Assembly (NCBI GenBank): GCA_003162055.1
Contig: PMNA01000023.1
Span: forward strand, 9,713 to 73,712
Reading direction: 5' to 3'
DNA from: Actinomycetota bacterium
GTDB lineage: Bacteria; Actinomycetota; Thermoleophilia; Gaiellales; Gaiellaceae
DNA length: 64,000 nucleotides
In this document: positions 1 through 9,985 of the stretch, piece after piece
How positions within the stretch are numbered: the first letter of the stretch is position 1
How the letters are laid out: each line of letters opens with the position of its first letter
Translations under genes and position numbers: made by a program
Notes under the pieces: generated by a model
The model's database searches: none
Seen by the model: only the letters and a program-made list of their open reading frames with translations
What the model was told of the DNA's origin: nothing

Positions 1-725
1 ACTTCCGCAACGAAGGCGTCTCCTACAAGCACCAGCCCGAGTTCACCATGCTCGAGTGGTACGAGGCCTACGCGGACTATCGCGATGCCATGGCTCGGGT
101 CGAGAAACTGATCGAGACGGTGGCGCTGGAGGTGATCGGCGGCAGCAAGGTGAGCTTCCGCGGAACCGAGATCGACCTTGCCGCGCCCTGGCGCCGGCTC
201 AGGCTGCCCGACGCACTCGAGGCCGAGGGGTTGTGGACGCGCGACGAGGCCGAGCTACGTAGCCGGCTCGAAGCGCGCGGTGTCGATGTTGGCCACGACC
301 ACACCTGGGCGCAGCTGATCGATCACTCCCTCTCGGCCTTCGTCGAGCCCACGCTTGTCCAGCCGACGATCCTGCACGACTATCCGATCGAGCTCTCTCC
401 CTTCGCCCGGGCGACCGACGACGACCCGACGCTCGTCGAGCGCTTCGAGTACTTCGTCGGCGGCATGGAGCTCGGCAACGCCTTCAGTGAGATCAACGAC
501 GCCGTCGATCAGGCCGAGCGCTTCAGCATGCAGCAGTCCGAGCGCGAGGCCGGCGATGCGCTGGCCGAAGAGGGAGACCCGGACTTCGTCGAGGCGCTCT
601 CCTACGGCATGCCGCCCACGGGTGGGCTGGGGCTCGGGATCGATCGCCTGGCAATGGTGCTGAGCGGGCGCGAGACGATTCGCGACGTGGTGCTGTTTCC
701 GGCGCTCAGAGAGCGCGAGGGCTGA
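1..725 (+). CDS. lysS: lysyl-tRNA synthetase, class II, C-terminal part (5' end lies outside the window)
   Basis: The frame is open from the window edge. The translation starts FRNEGVSYKHQPEFTMLEWYEAYADY (class II motif 2 region) and ends with GGLGLGIDRLAMVLSGRETIRDVVLFPALR (motif 3). Confidence 0.93.
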   Translation, partial: FRNEGVSYKHQPEFTMLEWYEAYADYRDAMARVEKLIETVALEVIGGSKVSFRGTEIDLAAPWRRLRLPDALEAEGLWTRDEAELRSRLEARGVDVGHDHTWAQLIDHSLSAFVEPTLVQPTILHDYPIELSPFARATDDDPTLVERFEYFVGGMELGNAFSEINDAVDQAERFSMQQSEREAGDALAEEGDPDFVEALSYGMPPTGGLGLGIDRLAMVLSGRETIRDVVLFPALREREG

Positions 726-855
726 ACTCGCCCGACCTGTCTCGCTGGCTAGGCGCGAGCAGCCAGCCGCCAAGCGACTTCAGATCGAGCTGCGGCCCGA
801 GCTGGGGCTTGATCGGTGCGGTCGCTGTCTTTCAGTAGCCGCAGCGCATGTTTGC

Positions 856-2163
856 TCAGCGGCCGGCTGTCGCGTAGTAGCTGTCGATGCGCTTGGAACG
901 CGTGGAACGTGCGCGGTTGACGACGACGCCGAGAAGCTGGACCTTGGCCCGCTCGAGCTCGTGTAGCGTCTGCTCGAGCTCGTGCGGATGCCCGTGGTGG
1001 GCGTCGACGACGAGAATTACGGCTCCGACCGCGGTTGCAATGAGCGTCGCCTCGGCGGTTCCGAGAAGCGGCGGCATGTCGACGAGAAGCAGGGCGCCCT
1101 TGAAGCTGCTCGTGATCTGCGGGAGTGCCGCGTAGACGATCGATGTCGGGTGCTGAGCCGCGTTTCCCGCCGGAATCACGTGGAGTGTCGGAAGATCTGT
1201 TTTCCGCACCAGCCGCTTGATATTTGCGCCGACGGGCACGTCGGCGATTCCAGGCTCCAGGTCGACCCCGAAGAACCCGTGGAGAGCGGGCCGACGCAGG
1301 TCGGTGTCGATCGCGACGACCTGCTTGCCCATCAGAGCGGCCGCCCAGGCAAGGTTGGCTGTGACCGAAGACTTGCCCTCGCCGGCGGTGCACGACACGA
1401 TGCCGACCATCGCACGGTCGCCGGCGACGATCTCGAAGTTCGAATAAAGGCGCCGATACGCCTCTATCAGCTTGGGATTACCGGTCTTGGGATTGAAGAG
1501 GCGCTTCGGGCTGGTCGGGAAGTGGCGGATATTCGGGATCTCGGCGATGATCTCGAGCCCGAAACGCTGCCAGATCTCAGTGGCGGAGCGAACTCGCGGC
1601 CAGATGGCGTTGGCTCCGATGGCGGCGAGCACGGCGCAGATCAGGCCGATCACGGTCGCCGCGAACAGGATCAGTTTGCGCCTGGGGCTCACCGGCACGC
1701 TGGCAGGACGCGCCTGGTCGATGACCGTCATCTGCACGAAGCTCGAGACGCGCGAGTTGACGAGATTCAGGGCCGCGGCGTTGGCGGCTGCCGCCGCGAG
1801 GTCGGGGTCGCTCGCCACCGCCTGGGTGTGAAGCAGGGTCGTTCCCGAGACATAGCTTCCGCTTAGCGAAACGTTTTTCCAGGTCAGCTCCGGGTGGCTG
1901 ATCGCGACGCGAGCCTTGGCCTGGTTTGCGAAGGTCTCGTCGCCAACCTGGTCGGCAAAGGAGGGCAGGATCGACTGGACGGCGCTGATCGCGCTCCAGT
2001 CAGCGTTTTTCGAAGCCGGATTGGCGATCAAGGTCGCGGTCGATTCGTAGCGGTTGGCGGGAAGGATCGCCGCCGCGAATCCAAGTGCCAACGAGAGCGC
2101 CAGCACGATCGCAGCGACCGGCCAGAAGCGCCGTAGTGCTTCTATTAAATCCCTCAGTTCCAT
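856..2163 (-). CDS. polysaccharide co-polymerase (Wzz-like) fused to a BY-family protein tyrosine autokinase
   Basis: 435-aa ORF. An N-terminal TM segment (VAAIVLALSLALGFAAAIL), an extracytoplasmic loop and a second TM segment (LILFAATVIGLICAVLAAIG) are followed by a P-loop domain. That domain has Walker A CTAGEGKSSV, Walker A' VVAIDTDLRRP, Walker B LLLVDMPP and a short C-terminal Tyr pair (DSYYATAGR). Confidence 0.85.
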   Translation of the reverse strand: MELRDLIEALRRFWPVAAIVLALSLALGFAAAILPANRYESTATLIANPASKNADWSAISAVQSILPSFADQVGDETFANQAKARVAISHPELTWKNVSLSGSYVSGTTLLHTQAVASDPDLAAAAANAAALNLVNSRVSSFVQMTVIDQARPASVPVSPRRKLILFAATVIGLICAVLAAIGANAIWPRVRSATEIWQRFGLEIIAEIPNIRHFPTSPKRLFNPKTGNPKLIEAYRRLYSNFEIVAGDRAMVGIVSCTAGEGKSSVTANLAWAAALMGKQVVAIDTDLRRPALHGFFGVDLEPGIADVPVGANIKRLVRKTDLPTLHVIPAGNAAQHPTSIVYAALPQITSSFKGALLLVDMPPLLGTAEATLIATAVGAVILVVDAHHGHPHELEQTLHELERAKVQLLGVVVNRARSTRSKRIDSYYATAGR

Positions 2164-3605
2164 ACTGGGCTCTCTTTCGCGACGTAGGTGGTTTCCGGGA
2201 AGCTCGCTCGCGCGGGCGCGGCCAGGGAAAGCCTAGTGCTCGCGACGACGCCGATCAGGAAACCAAGAAGCATTGCCAGACGATACTTCTCGAAGATCGA
2301 CTCCACCATGCCCTTGGCGATAAGGCCCGTGAGTGCGCAGGTCGAGGCGAGGGCAACAGCCGCCACCAGGGCGTCGAGGTGTTTGAGCCAGGTCTTGATC
2401 CCGTCGACGAACGTCGTTGCGAACGCGATCGCGAACAGGGCGAGCCCGATCGCCCCGACTCGCATCAGCAGGTCGAACACGATGTTGTGAGTTAGATCGG
2501 TCGTGACGAAGACCTTATAGCCGGGGTCATAGTGCTGATAGGTGAACCCGAGACCGGACCCGATCACCAGATGCTCTCTAATCAGCCGGCGCGCGGTTGC
2601 CCATTGGTTGAGCCGGTCCTGTGCAGAGAGGGCCTTGGCCTGAGTATCGAAGGCGGCATTGACGGTGCCGGAGAAGGGCACGCTCGGCTGGCGCTTGCCG
2701 ATTATCGCCGTGGTAAGTATCGGCACCATCAGGAGCGCGAGAAACGTCGCGAAGCCGAGAGCCAGCTCGGTCGGCGTCGTGCGTACCCGTCTCCAGCCGA
2801 CCACGATCGCCAGCGCGAAGAGTGCCAGCGCAACCGCCATTGCCAGTAGCGCCGCGCGTTGCTCGGCCACGAGAGAGGCAAACAACAGCGGCAGCGAGGT
2901 GACGATCAGCGACGAGCGCCGCTGCTGGCTGCAGATGGCGAGCGCCGCGGCGATGAGGCCCAAAGCGAGAAAGATCGTGGCCGCGTCGGCGCCCATAGTG
3001 CCCAAATCGCTGATCCGAACGCCCGGTATCGGCAGCGAGATTCTCACTCGAAGTTGATTGAGCACGATTCCGACTGCCGCTATAACGCTCGATCCATAGA
3101 GGAAGCGACGGAAAGCGCGTCCGTGCGCGAACTCTTCGGCCGGCACGCCGGCGACGAGTAGGAAGAAACCGATATAGGCGACAGCTTTGCCCTCGAACAG
3201 GGCGAGGTTGGCCGAATTGCCGTTCTCGACTCCGATCACTACGGCTGTCGTAAGCCAGGTCAAGAACGCCAGCCACCAAAGGCTCGCCGCCCGCAGGAGA
3301 AGGTGTTGACGGCCGGCTAATAGTCTGGCCACCAGAGCCATCGGCACGAGGATCTCAGGAAGGCGGAAAGAGAGCCCGGATTCCACGCCGCCCGCTCCTG
3401 TTCCTGCTCCGCTCCCAAAGACGGGATGGAAGAGGCCGGCAGGCATCAGGCTCTGATTCGGGTAGATCCAGGACTCGAACAGGACAAGCCCGAAGATCAC
3501 GAGCACCGTGGTCATCCGCTTTCCCTCTCGCTCGAGTCGACAGAACCACGCGAAGACGCCGAGCGCGCCGAGGCCCGCGACGGCAAGGAGAAGTAACACC
3601 TTCAT
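2154..3605 (-). CDS. O-antigen ligase/Wzy-like polysaccharide polymerase (polytopic membrane protein)
   Basis: 483-aa ORF with about 10-12 hydrophobic segments and one larger loop. It overlaps the downstream co-polymerase gene by 10 nt inside the polysaccharide cluster. The family assignment rests on architecture and context only. Confidence 0.6.
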   Translation of the reverse strand: MKVLLLLAVAGLGALGVFAWFCRLEREGKRMTTVLVIFGLVLFESWIYPNQSLMPAGLFHPVFGSGAGTGAGGVESGLSFRLPEILVPMALVARLLAGRQHLLLRAASLWWLAFLTWLTTAVVIGVENGNSANLALFEGKAVAYIGFFLLVAGVPAEEFAHGRAFRRFLYGSSVIAAVGIVLNQLRVRISLPIPGVRISDLGTMGADAATIFLALGLIAAALAICSQQRRSSLIVTSLPLLFASLVAEQRAALLAMAVALALFALAIVVGWRRVRTTPTELALGFATFLALLMVPILTTAIIGKRQPSVPFSGTVNAAFDTQAKALSAQDRLNQWATARRLIREHLVIGSGLGFTYQHYDPGYKVFVTTDLTHNIVFDLLMRVGAIGLALFAIAFATTFVDGIKTWLKHLDALVAAVALASTCALTGLIAKGMVESIFEKYRLAMLLGFLIGVVASTRLSLAAPARASFPETTYVAKESPVWN

Positions 3606-3800
3606 CTCGGGCTCACCGGCGGGTGTCGTCGTTGAAGTTCACGGGCGCTCAGCAGTTGCTCGGTGAGGCATCACCGGTCGTGGTCGATCCCATGGTAATC
3701 ATCCCCGAGACCCAGTACAGATCGCTCGGGCATTACGAAGCGGGGGCGGAGGTCGTCTCCAGCGCGCCGAGCGGCATTGTCCGCCCTGTCGCCAGTACGC

Positions 3801-4871
3801 TCAGCGCCCCGGACCGAGAAACACACGGTTGGTCTCGGTCGCCATGCGCTCCGCGTTGAAAGCCGAGCCCGCGCGTTTCCGGGCTCGCTCGGAGTAAACC
3901 GTCCGAGCGGTCGAATCGCTTAGGAGCTCGATGATCGCCGAGGCGAGGAGATCGGGACGCTCCGGTGCGACGAGTTGGCCGCAGTCGTCTACGACCTCGG
4001 GAAGTCCGCCGACGGAGGAGGCGATTATCGGAACGCCGGCGAACATGGTCTCGATCGCCACCAGTCCGCAGGCTTCGTAGCGCGAGGGGGCGACCACGAC
4101 ATCGAAGGCGCGTATCAGCGTCGAGGCGTTCTCGTGGTAGCCGAGGAAGCGCACACCACTCGCAGCCCCCATTTGCTTGAGCCTGACCCGATCGGGGCCG
4201 TCGCCGATGACGACGAAAACGGTCTCCGGATGGTGCTCGTGCACGAGCACCGCGGCGGCGCAGAATACGTCCCACCCTTTTTGATCGTGCAGGCGGCCGA
4301 TACCGCCGACGACGATCTCGTCCGGCTTCAGTCCGAGGACGGAGCGCGGCTTCGCCTGGAACTCGGGCGTTTCGAGCCCGTTCAGCACCGTGAGAGAGTT
4401 GGCGCCGGCCGCGCGTGCGTAGTTCATGACGAATTCCGACACGGCGATCACCGTCTCCGGCAAGCGAAGAGTTCTGGCCGAGATTCGCTCGCGCCAGCCC
4501 TTACGTCCGGGGATGACGAGATGCAGCGTCGCGACTGTGCGCTTGCGGGCGAGACGGGCCGCGATGAGCGGCCCGAGACCGTCGCCCTGGTCACTCAAGT
4601 TGACGTGAACGAGGCTCGGATCGAGCTTGCGTAGGGCGCGCACCGTGCGCGCGATAGCGCCCGGGCGCGGAATCCGCCGCAAGCCGGGGATCGTGATCAA
4701 CTCCACGCCTGAGTCGGCGAGGCGCCGGCGAGTTTCATCGTCGGCGAGATCGCCGAGCAGGGCAACGAAACGCCACTCGTCTCGGAGATGAGACAGGAGC
4801 GTGGACAGATAGAGCTCCGCGCCTCCGAAGTCGGCGCTGTCGGAGACGACCGCGATCGTCCCGCGCGACAT
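3801..4871 (-). CDS. glycosyltransferase, GT4-like (GT-B fold)
   Basis: 356 aa. The N-terminus reads AVVSDSADFGGAELY. The C-terminal donor-binding region reads YEACGLVAIETMFAGVPIIASSVGGLPEVVDD (E-x7-E style). Its start overlaps the stop of the upstream GT2 gene (TGATG). Confidence 0.8.
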   Translation of the reverse strand: MSRGTIAVVSDSADFGGAELYLSTLLSHLRDEWRFVALLGDLADDETRRRLADSGVELITIPGLRRIPRPGAIARTVRALRKLDPSLVHVNLSDQGDGLGPLIAARLARKRTVATLHLVIPGRKGWRERISARTLRLPETVIAVSEFVMNYARAAGANSLTVLNGLETPEFQAKPRSVLGLKPDEIVVGGIGRLHDQKGWDVFCAAAVLVHEHHPETVFVVIGDGPDRVRLKQMGAASGVRFLGYHENASTLIRAFDVVVAPSRYEACGLVAIETMFAGVPIIASSVGGLPEVVDDCGQLVAPERPDLLASAIIELLSDSTARTVYSERARKRAGSAFNAERMATETNRVFLGPGR

Positions 4872-6061
4872 CAGCTCGCCGTCGACCTCGAGCTCGAACG
4901 AGAATTCGGCTTACCTGCGCCGTCGCGCGCACACACCACGCGCTCGGGCTTCGGCCAGCGCGCGGGCCGATCACCGCGGGCCCACCTGACCAGGCCTCCG
5001 ATTCCGACCGCCTGCAGGAAGAGCACCTGAGCGGACAGACGGCCCAGGCGCCCGTTTGGCCGTCCGCGCTGCTGGCGAATGAATGCGGACACGGCGAATG
5101 CGTGCAGCGCAAGGAATCCACGGGCCAGATGGCTCTTTCTCGCGGAGCGAAGAGCAATCAAGACAAGGCCCGCGTGCGCCAGCGGACCGAGTGATTGGCG
5201 AAACAGCCTGTGGCCCCAGAGTTGGGCGGTGACGGGGCTTTTCCCCGGCACGAGGAGCTGTCGCCGTCGCCAGAGCACATCGTTGGCGCCCGAGACGATT
5301 CGCGTCCTGCGCTCCCACTCGTCCGCAGTCGTCGCACTCTCCGCCTCGCTCGCGCACACTTCGGGCTCGTAGGCAATGCGACCGCCGCGCTCGATCACGT
5401 CGAGCGCCAGCCAGAGATCGTCAACGGCGATGTCCTCGGGAAGCTCGACGTACTCTTCGCGGCGAAATGCCGCCAGCTCGCCGATCAAGCCGATCGTCGT
5501 TCCGGTTCGGCTCTCGCGGCGCTTGAGCCAGGATTCGAACATCCAGTAAGTGCTTTCGCCGCCCGTGGTGTCGATGCGCTTCTCCGCTGCCACGGCGCTG
5601 ATGGTCGGATCTTCGAACCAGCGCACGAGTTTTTCGAGGCTGCCGCGCCCAATCAACGCATTGGCATCCGTAATGGCGACGATCTCGGCTGCGGCCGAGC
5701 GCACGCCCAGGTTCAGCGCCGCCGCTTTTCCGAGTCGCTGCGGGGGAGCGATCACCCGCGCCGCTGTCGTGCGAGCTACCGCCGCCGTCTCCTCGTCGTC
5801 GGCGACGACGATCACTTCGAGTTGGCCCGGATAATCGTTTTCGAGCAGATTCTCGACCTTTGCGGCTATCACCTGCTGCTCGCGGAAGGCCGGGACTACG
5901 ACGGCGAGATCGGGCCAGCTGGTCGGTTCGGGCGGCTCGGGGTCGGGAAGCCCGCGTGTTCGCCAGGCGAGCCAGAGCGGATAGAGAACGGGGCCGATAG
6001 CGGCGACGGTCAGTAGCGAAAGCGTCGCGGCTCGGCAGGCCTTGGAGGATGAGGTGGTCAT
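4871..6061 (-). CDS. membrane-embedded glycosyltransferase family 2
   Basis: 396 aa. An N-terminal TM segment is followed by a GT-A core (LAVVVPAFREQQVI..., IVVADDEE, GKAAALNLG, ITDANAL) and then C-terminal TM segments. This is the synthase-like architecture. Confidence 0.8.
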   Translation of the reverse strand: MTTSSSKACRAATLSLLTVAAIGPVLYPLWLAWRTRGLPDPEPPEPTSWPDLAVVVPAFREQQVIAAKVENLLENDYPGQLEVIVVADDEETAAVARTTAARVIAPPQRLGKAAALNLGVRSAAAEIVAITDANALIGRGSLEKLVRWFEDPTISAVAAEKRIDTTGGESTYWMFESWLKRRESRTGTTIGLIGELAAFRREEYVELPEDIAVDDLWLALDVIERGGRIAYEPEVCASEAESATTADEWERRTRIVSGANDVLWRRRQLLVPGKSPVTAQLWGHRLFRQSLGPLAHAGLVLIALRSARKSHLARGFLALHAFAVSAFIRQQRGRPNGRLGRLSAQVLFLQAVGIGGLVRWARGDRPARWPKPERVVCARDGAGKPNSRSSSRSTAS

Positions 6062-6238
6062 TCGCTGAAGGGGGCGGAAGTCTGAACGTTATCGCGATTC
6101 CATATATTGTGATCGGCTGCGCCAGTCGAGAACTTGTGCGTTTTCACTCGCGGCGCCATCCGGCGCGCTCGAAAGGGAAATGATCGCGATCTCGCTTTAT
6201 TCCGTATCCGGTCTCATACCGCCCTCGGTACACGCTCG

Positions 6239-7765
6239 ATGAGTACTCTGCCGACCCGATTTAGACGCAACGCGCTCGCGAATTACGCGAACTCGTTCGT
6301 CACGCTAGCCCTGGCGCTCATCGTCACGCCGATTCTCGTTCGCGGGCTCGGCAAGGAGGCCTACGGAACCTGGGTTCTCGTGACCTCGCTGGTGCTCTAT
6401 TTCGATCTGCTCAAGTTCGGCTTCAGCAAGGCCGCGATCAAGTACGTCGCGGAGGGAAACGCGATCGGAGACCTCGACCGCGTGCGGCGAACCATCGCCA
6501 CCTCCTGCGCCGCGCTCTCGGTGCCCGGCTTGGCATTGATGCTGGCGGCGCCGGGCCTCGCCTTCCTGTTCCCGATGCTCTTCCACGTCAGCCCGAATCT
6601 CAAGCACGCGGCGATGATTCTCGTCGCGCTTTCGGTTATCGATCTGGCCGTCGCGATCCCTGCCGATACGTTCGGCTCGGCGCTGAGCGGCTTTCAGCGC
6701 TTCGAGCTGCTGAACGCCACGCTCACCGCCACCGCGCTCGCCCAGGCGGTCGCCTGGACCGTGATCGTCGCACTCGGTGGCGGCCTGATCGCGGTCGGCG
6801 TGGCCGGCGTGAGCCTCAGCCTCCTTTCGCAGGTCGCTCGTTACCTGATCGTTCGCCACCTTTGCGGCGTGCCTCCACTCAGGCGCCGCTACGTCGATCG
6901 CGCGCTGTTCAAGCCGCTCGTAAGCATGTCGGGGTGGATAGCGCTGACCGACTTCGCCGAGTTCGTCATCGGCGGTCTCGACCCGATCGTCGTCGGCCTG
7001 ATCGCGGGAGTGCCACAGGCCGGCGTCTACGCCGTCGGCTCCAAGCTGGCCGCCCTCACCGAACGTTTCACGACTCCCCTCTTAACCTTGTTCTTCCCGC
7101 ACGCCTCGGAGCTCTCCACCTCGGGAGAGAAGGAGTCGATTCGCGCCACGCTGATCGCCGGCACGCGGATCGCTGTCGCGGTCGCGACCCCGCTCACGAT
7201 TGTGCTGGGCGTGCTGGCCCGACCGGCGATTCGCTCCTGGGTCGGCCCGTCCTTCGGCGACGCGGCGCTCGTCGTCGTATTCCTTTCCACGACAGCCCTC
7301 GTCTATGCGGTCGCCCAGACAGGCGTTCTCGTCCTGCGCGGTTTGGGCGACGTCAAGTTTCCCGCCCGCATCAACCTGTTCGAGGCAGTCGTGAACCTTA
7401 GCTTGAGTGTTGCCCTCTGCAAGACGATCGGCATCAAGGGCGTCGCGCTCGGGACGTTAATCGCCGCGGTACTCACCCAGCTGATGATCCTTCTGCCCTA
7501 CATCTGTCGTCGAACAGGCGTGAGGTTCCACTCCCTGATCGTTCTGCTCGCCCGCCAGTTCCTGCTTCCGGCCGCACTCGCGCTCGGCGTCGGGCTACTA
7601 CTGCTGGCGACGGGCCTCAGCGGTATTGTTGACGTCATCCTCGCCGGAGTCGCGATCTTGGTTGCATATGCCGCCATCGCCGTCATTACCGCGCTCTCTG
7701 CTGCCGAGCGGCGCGCGCTGCTCGATTACCTAAGAAAGCGGAAGCGTGGCCGGCTCGCCCAATAA
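6239..7765 (+). CDS. Wzx-type polysaccharide flippase (MOP/MATE superfamily)
   Basis: The ORF is open from 6134. I prefer the ATG at 6239 (MSTLPTRFRRNALANYANSFVTLALALIVTPILVRGLGKEAYG), which is the typical Wzx N-terminus. About 12-14 TM segments. Confidence 0.8.
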   Translation: MSTLPTRFRRNALANYANSFVTLALALIVTPILVRGLGKEAYGTWVLVTSLVLYFDLLKFGFSKAAIKYVAEGNAIGDLDRVRRTIATSCAALSVPGLALMLAAPGLAFLFPMLFHVSPNLKHAAMILVALSVIDLAVAIPADTFGSALSGFQRFELLNATLTATALAQAVAWTVIVALGGGLIAVGVAGVSLSLLSQVARYLIVRHLCGVPPLRRRYVDRALFKPLVSMSGWIALTDFAEFVIGGLDPIVVGLIAGVPQAGVYAVGSKLAALTERFTTPLLTLFFPHASELSTSGEKESIRATLIAGTRIAVAVATPLTIVLGVLARPAIRSWVGPSFGDAALVVVFLSTTALVYAVAQTGVLVLRGLGDVKFPARINLFEAVVNLSLSVALCKTIGIKGVALGTLIAAVLTQLMILLPYICRRTGVRFHSLIVLLARQFLLPAALALGVGLLLLATGLSGIVDVILAGVAILVAYAAIAVITALSAAERRALLDYLRKRKRGRLAQ

Positions 7766-8879
7766 ACGACAGGCTGTGGACGCGCTGCGCGTCGTCCTCG
7801 TAGATCCGTCTTCGAAGGGCGGGATCGCCATCTACACGATGTTGGTGGCCAGAGCCCTTCGGCTGGTCGGCATCGAGCCGGAGATACTCGCCAGCGTCGC
7901 ACTCGATCCCGCGGGCGGCGAGATTCGCCTCGAGCGGCGCCTTCCCGCCGATCGCTGGGGCAAGCCCGATCGCGCCGGCCCGAGCTTCTACCTGCGCCGG
8001 ATCCTGACCTGGTACCGCTCGGCCCGCGCCGTCAAGAGCTACGTTCGCCGCCGACGACCGGACCTCGTTCACTTCCAGGCGCCGCTCAACCGCCGTCTCG
8101 ACGCCTTCCTGCTGCGCCGGCTTACCCGACGTGTCCCCATCGTCTGGACCGCTCACGACGTTCTCCCGTTCGAGCGCAGCGAGCGCGACCCGGAATGGTT
8201 CGCCTCGATCTACCGCACTGTCGACCGTGTCGTCGTGCACACGGCGGTTGCCGCGGATGCTGTCCGCTCGCTCGCCGGCGTCGACCCGGTAGTGATAGCC
8301 CACCCCGTTGCGGACGATCTGGTTCGCGTCTCGCGCGCAGAGGCCAGGCGACGGTTGGGACTGCCCGAGTCGGGCCGCGTTCTCGCCGCGCTCGGATTCA
8401 TCCGGCCCTACAAGGGCTACGGTCTGCTCGCGGACGTCTGGGAGCGGCTCGGCGACGCGGCGCCCACGCTCCTCGTGATGGGAGAGCTGATGGCGGACGA
8501 GGAGCGCTCCACGATCGACCGGCTCGAGCGCGGCGGCCACGTGGCGTTGCGGCTCGGCTATGCCTCGGACGAGGAGATGCAGCTGGCGATCGCGGCCTCG
8601 GACGCACTTCTCCTTCCCTACGAGGATGCCAGCGAGAGCGGGCTGCTTCATCTTTCGCGTGCGCTTGGCGTGCCGGTGATCGCCTCCGATGCGCCGCAGC
8701 TCGCGGCAGCCGTCGCCTCGTCGGTCACCGGGGTAGTCGTTCCGCGCACGGTAGACGCCTGGAGCGCCGCAGTCACCAGCGAGCTTCCCTCTCCTCCTCT
8801 TCCCGAGCCGTCCAACCTGGAGAGCGTCGGCAGGGCTCATCTCGCTCTCTATCGTGAGCTGCTGGCGAAGCGGGCATGA
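7746..8879 (+). CDS. glycosyltransferase, GT4-like
   Basis: 377 aa. The C-terminal region reads PYEDASESGLLHLSRALGVPVIASDAPQL. An alternative GTG start at 7776 would remove the 20-nt overlap with wzx. Confidence 0.75.
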   Translation: MAGSPNKRQAVDALRVVLVDPSSKGGIAIYTMLVARALRLVGIEPEILASVALDPAGGEIRLERRLPADRWGKPDRAGPSFYLRRILTWYRSARAVKSYVRRRRPDLVHFQAPLNRRLDAFLLRRLTRRVPIVWTAHDVLPFERSERDPEWFASIYRTVDRVVVHTAVAADAVRSLAGVDPVVIAHPVADDLVRVSRAEARRRLGLPESGRVLAALGFIRPYKGYGLLADVWERLGDAAPTLLVMGELMADEERSTIDRLERGGHVALRLGYASDEEMQLAIAASDALLLPYEDASESGLLHLSRALGVPVIASDAPQLAAAVASSVTGVVVPRTVDAWSAAVTSELPSPPLPEPSNLESVGRAHLALYRELLAKRA

Positions 8880-9964
8880 GCGCTTCCCGTCCCGAGCCCC
8901 TTCGCCTCGCCGTCTACTCGGATGCGACCGAGATAGGGGGCGCCGAGCGTGCGCTTGGCGCTCTGATCGGCGCTCTGCGCCCGGACATAGAGCTCACGCT
9001 GATCGGCGTCGACGAAGAGGTCGTCGCGCGGCTTGCCGCGGCCCGTCCCGGTTGCGCCACGGTGATCGTCCCGCCGGTGCGCAGCAAGTGCGACCTGCGC
9101 CCGATCCTGGCTCATCTGCGCGCTCTCAGGCGTCTGAGGCCCGACGTGTTCCAGGCGAGCCTCCGTCATCCCTGGTCCTGCCAGTACGGCATCGCCGCAG
9201 CCCTGCTCACACCCGGCACGCGCGTCGTCGCTGTCGAGCACCTGCCCGTCCCTCCCTCCGGTTGGATCCAGCGGCGCCTAAAGCGGACCACCTCTCGCAG
9301 GCTCGCGGCGCACGTCTCAGTCGGGACGCGTTCGGCTCGCGCCCTGGAGTCCCTGATCGGTCTCGAGCCGGGATCGATCCGCACGATCCACAACGGGATC
9401 GCCGAGGTCGAGTCAAAGCCGATTCCGCGACCCGTGCCGGGCCCGCTCGTCGTCGCGGTCGGTCGCCTCTCGCGCCAGAAGGGCTTCGACATTCTTTTCC
9501 ATGCGCTGGCGGAGCTTCCCGGCGTCCCTCTCCTGTTGATCGGTGACGGGCCGGAGCGAAACGATCTGGAGCGGTTGAGAGACGAGCTCGCTCTCGCTGA
9601 GCGGGTACGGATGATCGGCTGGGTCGACGACGTGCGGCCGTACCTGGCCCCGGCGGACGTCCTCGTCGTTCCGTCGCGCTGGGAGAGCTTTCCGCTCGTG
9701 ATTCTCGAGGCGATGTTCCTCGGGCTGCCGGTGGTCGCCAGCGCTGTCGGAAGCATCGACGAAGAGGTCATAGACGGCGAGACGGGGCTCGTCATTCCGG
9801 CGGAAGACACGAACGCCTTGGTCGACGCGTTAGGCAAGCTTCTCGGCGACTCCGAGCTGCGAGCCACGCTGGGTCGGCGGGGAAAGGAGATTGCCCGCGA
9901 GCGTTTCAGCGCGACGCGGATGGCGGCGGAGTTCGAGGCGCTCTACGACGAGATACTTCGCTGA
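8876..9964 (+). CDS. glycosyltransferase, GT4-like
   Basis: 362 aa with GRLSRQKGFDIL and PSRWESFPLVILEAMFLGLPVVASAVGSIDEEVIDGETGLV. There is an ATGA stop/start overlap with the preceding gene. Confidence 0.85.
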   Translation: MSASRPEPLRLAVYSDATEIGGAERALGALIGALRPDIELTLIGVDEEVVARLAAARPGCATVIVPPVRSKCDLRPILAHLRALRRLRPDVFQASLRHPWSCQYGIAAALLTPGTRVVAVEHLPVPPSGWIQRRLKRTTSRRLAAHVSVGTRSARALESLIGLEPGSIRTIHNGIAEVESKPIPRPVPGPLVVAVGRLSRQKGFDILFHALAELPGVPLLLIGDGPERNDLERLRDELALAERVRMIGWVDDVRPYLAPADVLVVPSRWESFPLVILEAMFLGLPVVASAVGSIDEEVIDGETGLVIPAEDTNALVDALGKLLGDSELRATLGRRGKEIARERFSATRMAAEFEALYDEILR

Positions 9965-9985
9965 ACACGCCTTGTCGGCTCGAGG

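Noticed and set aside
749-1393. A 214-aa Arg-rich minus-strand ORF and several plus-strand ORFs lie inside the BY-kinase gene.
   Set aside because: These are shadow frames. The 856-2163 frame carries the Walker motifs.
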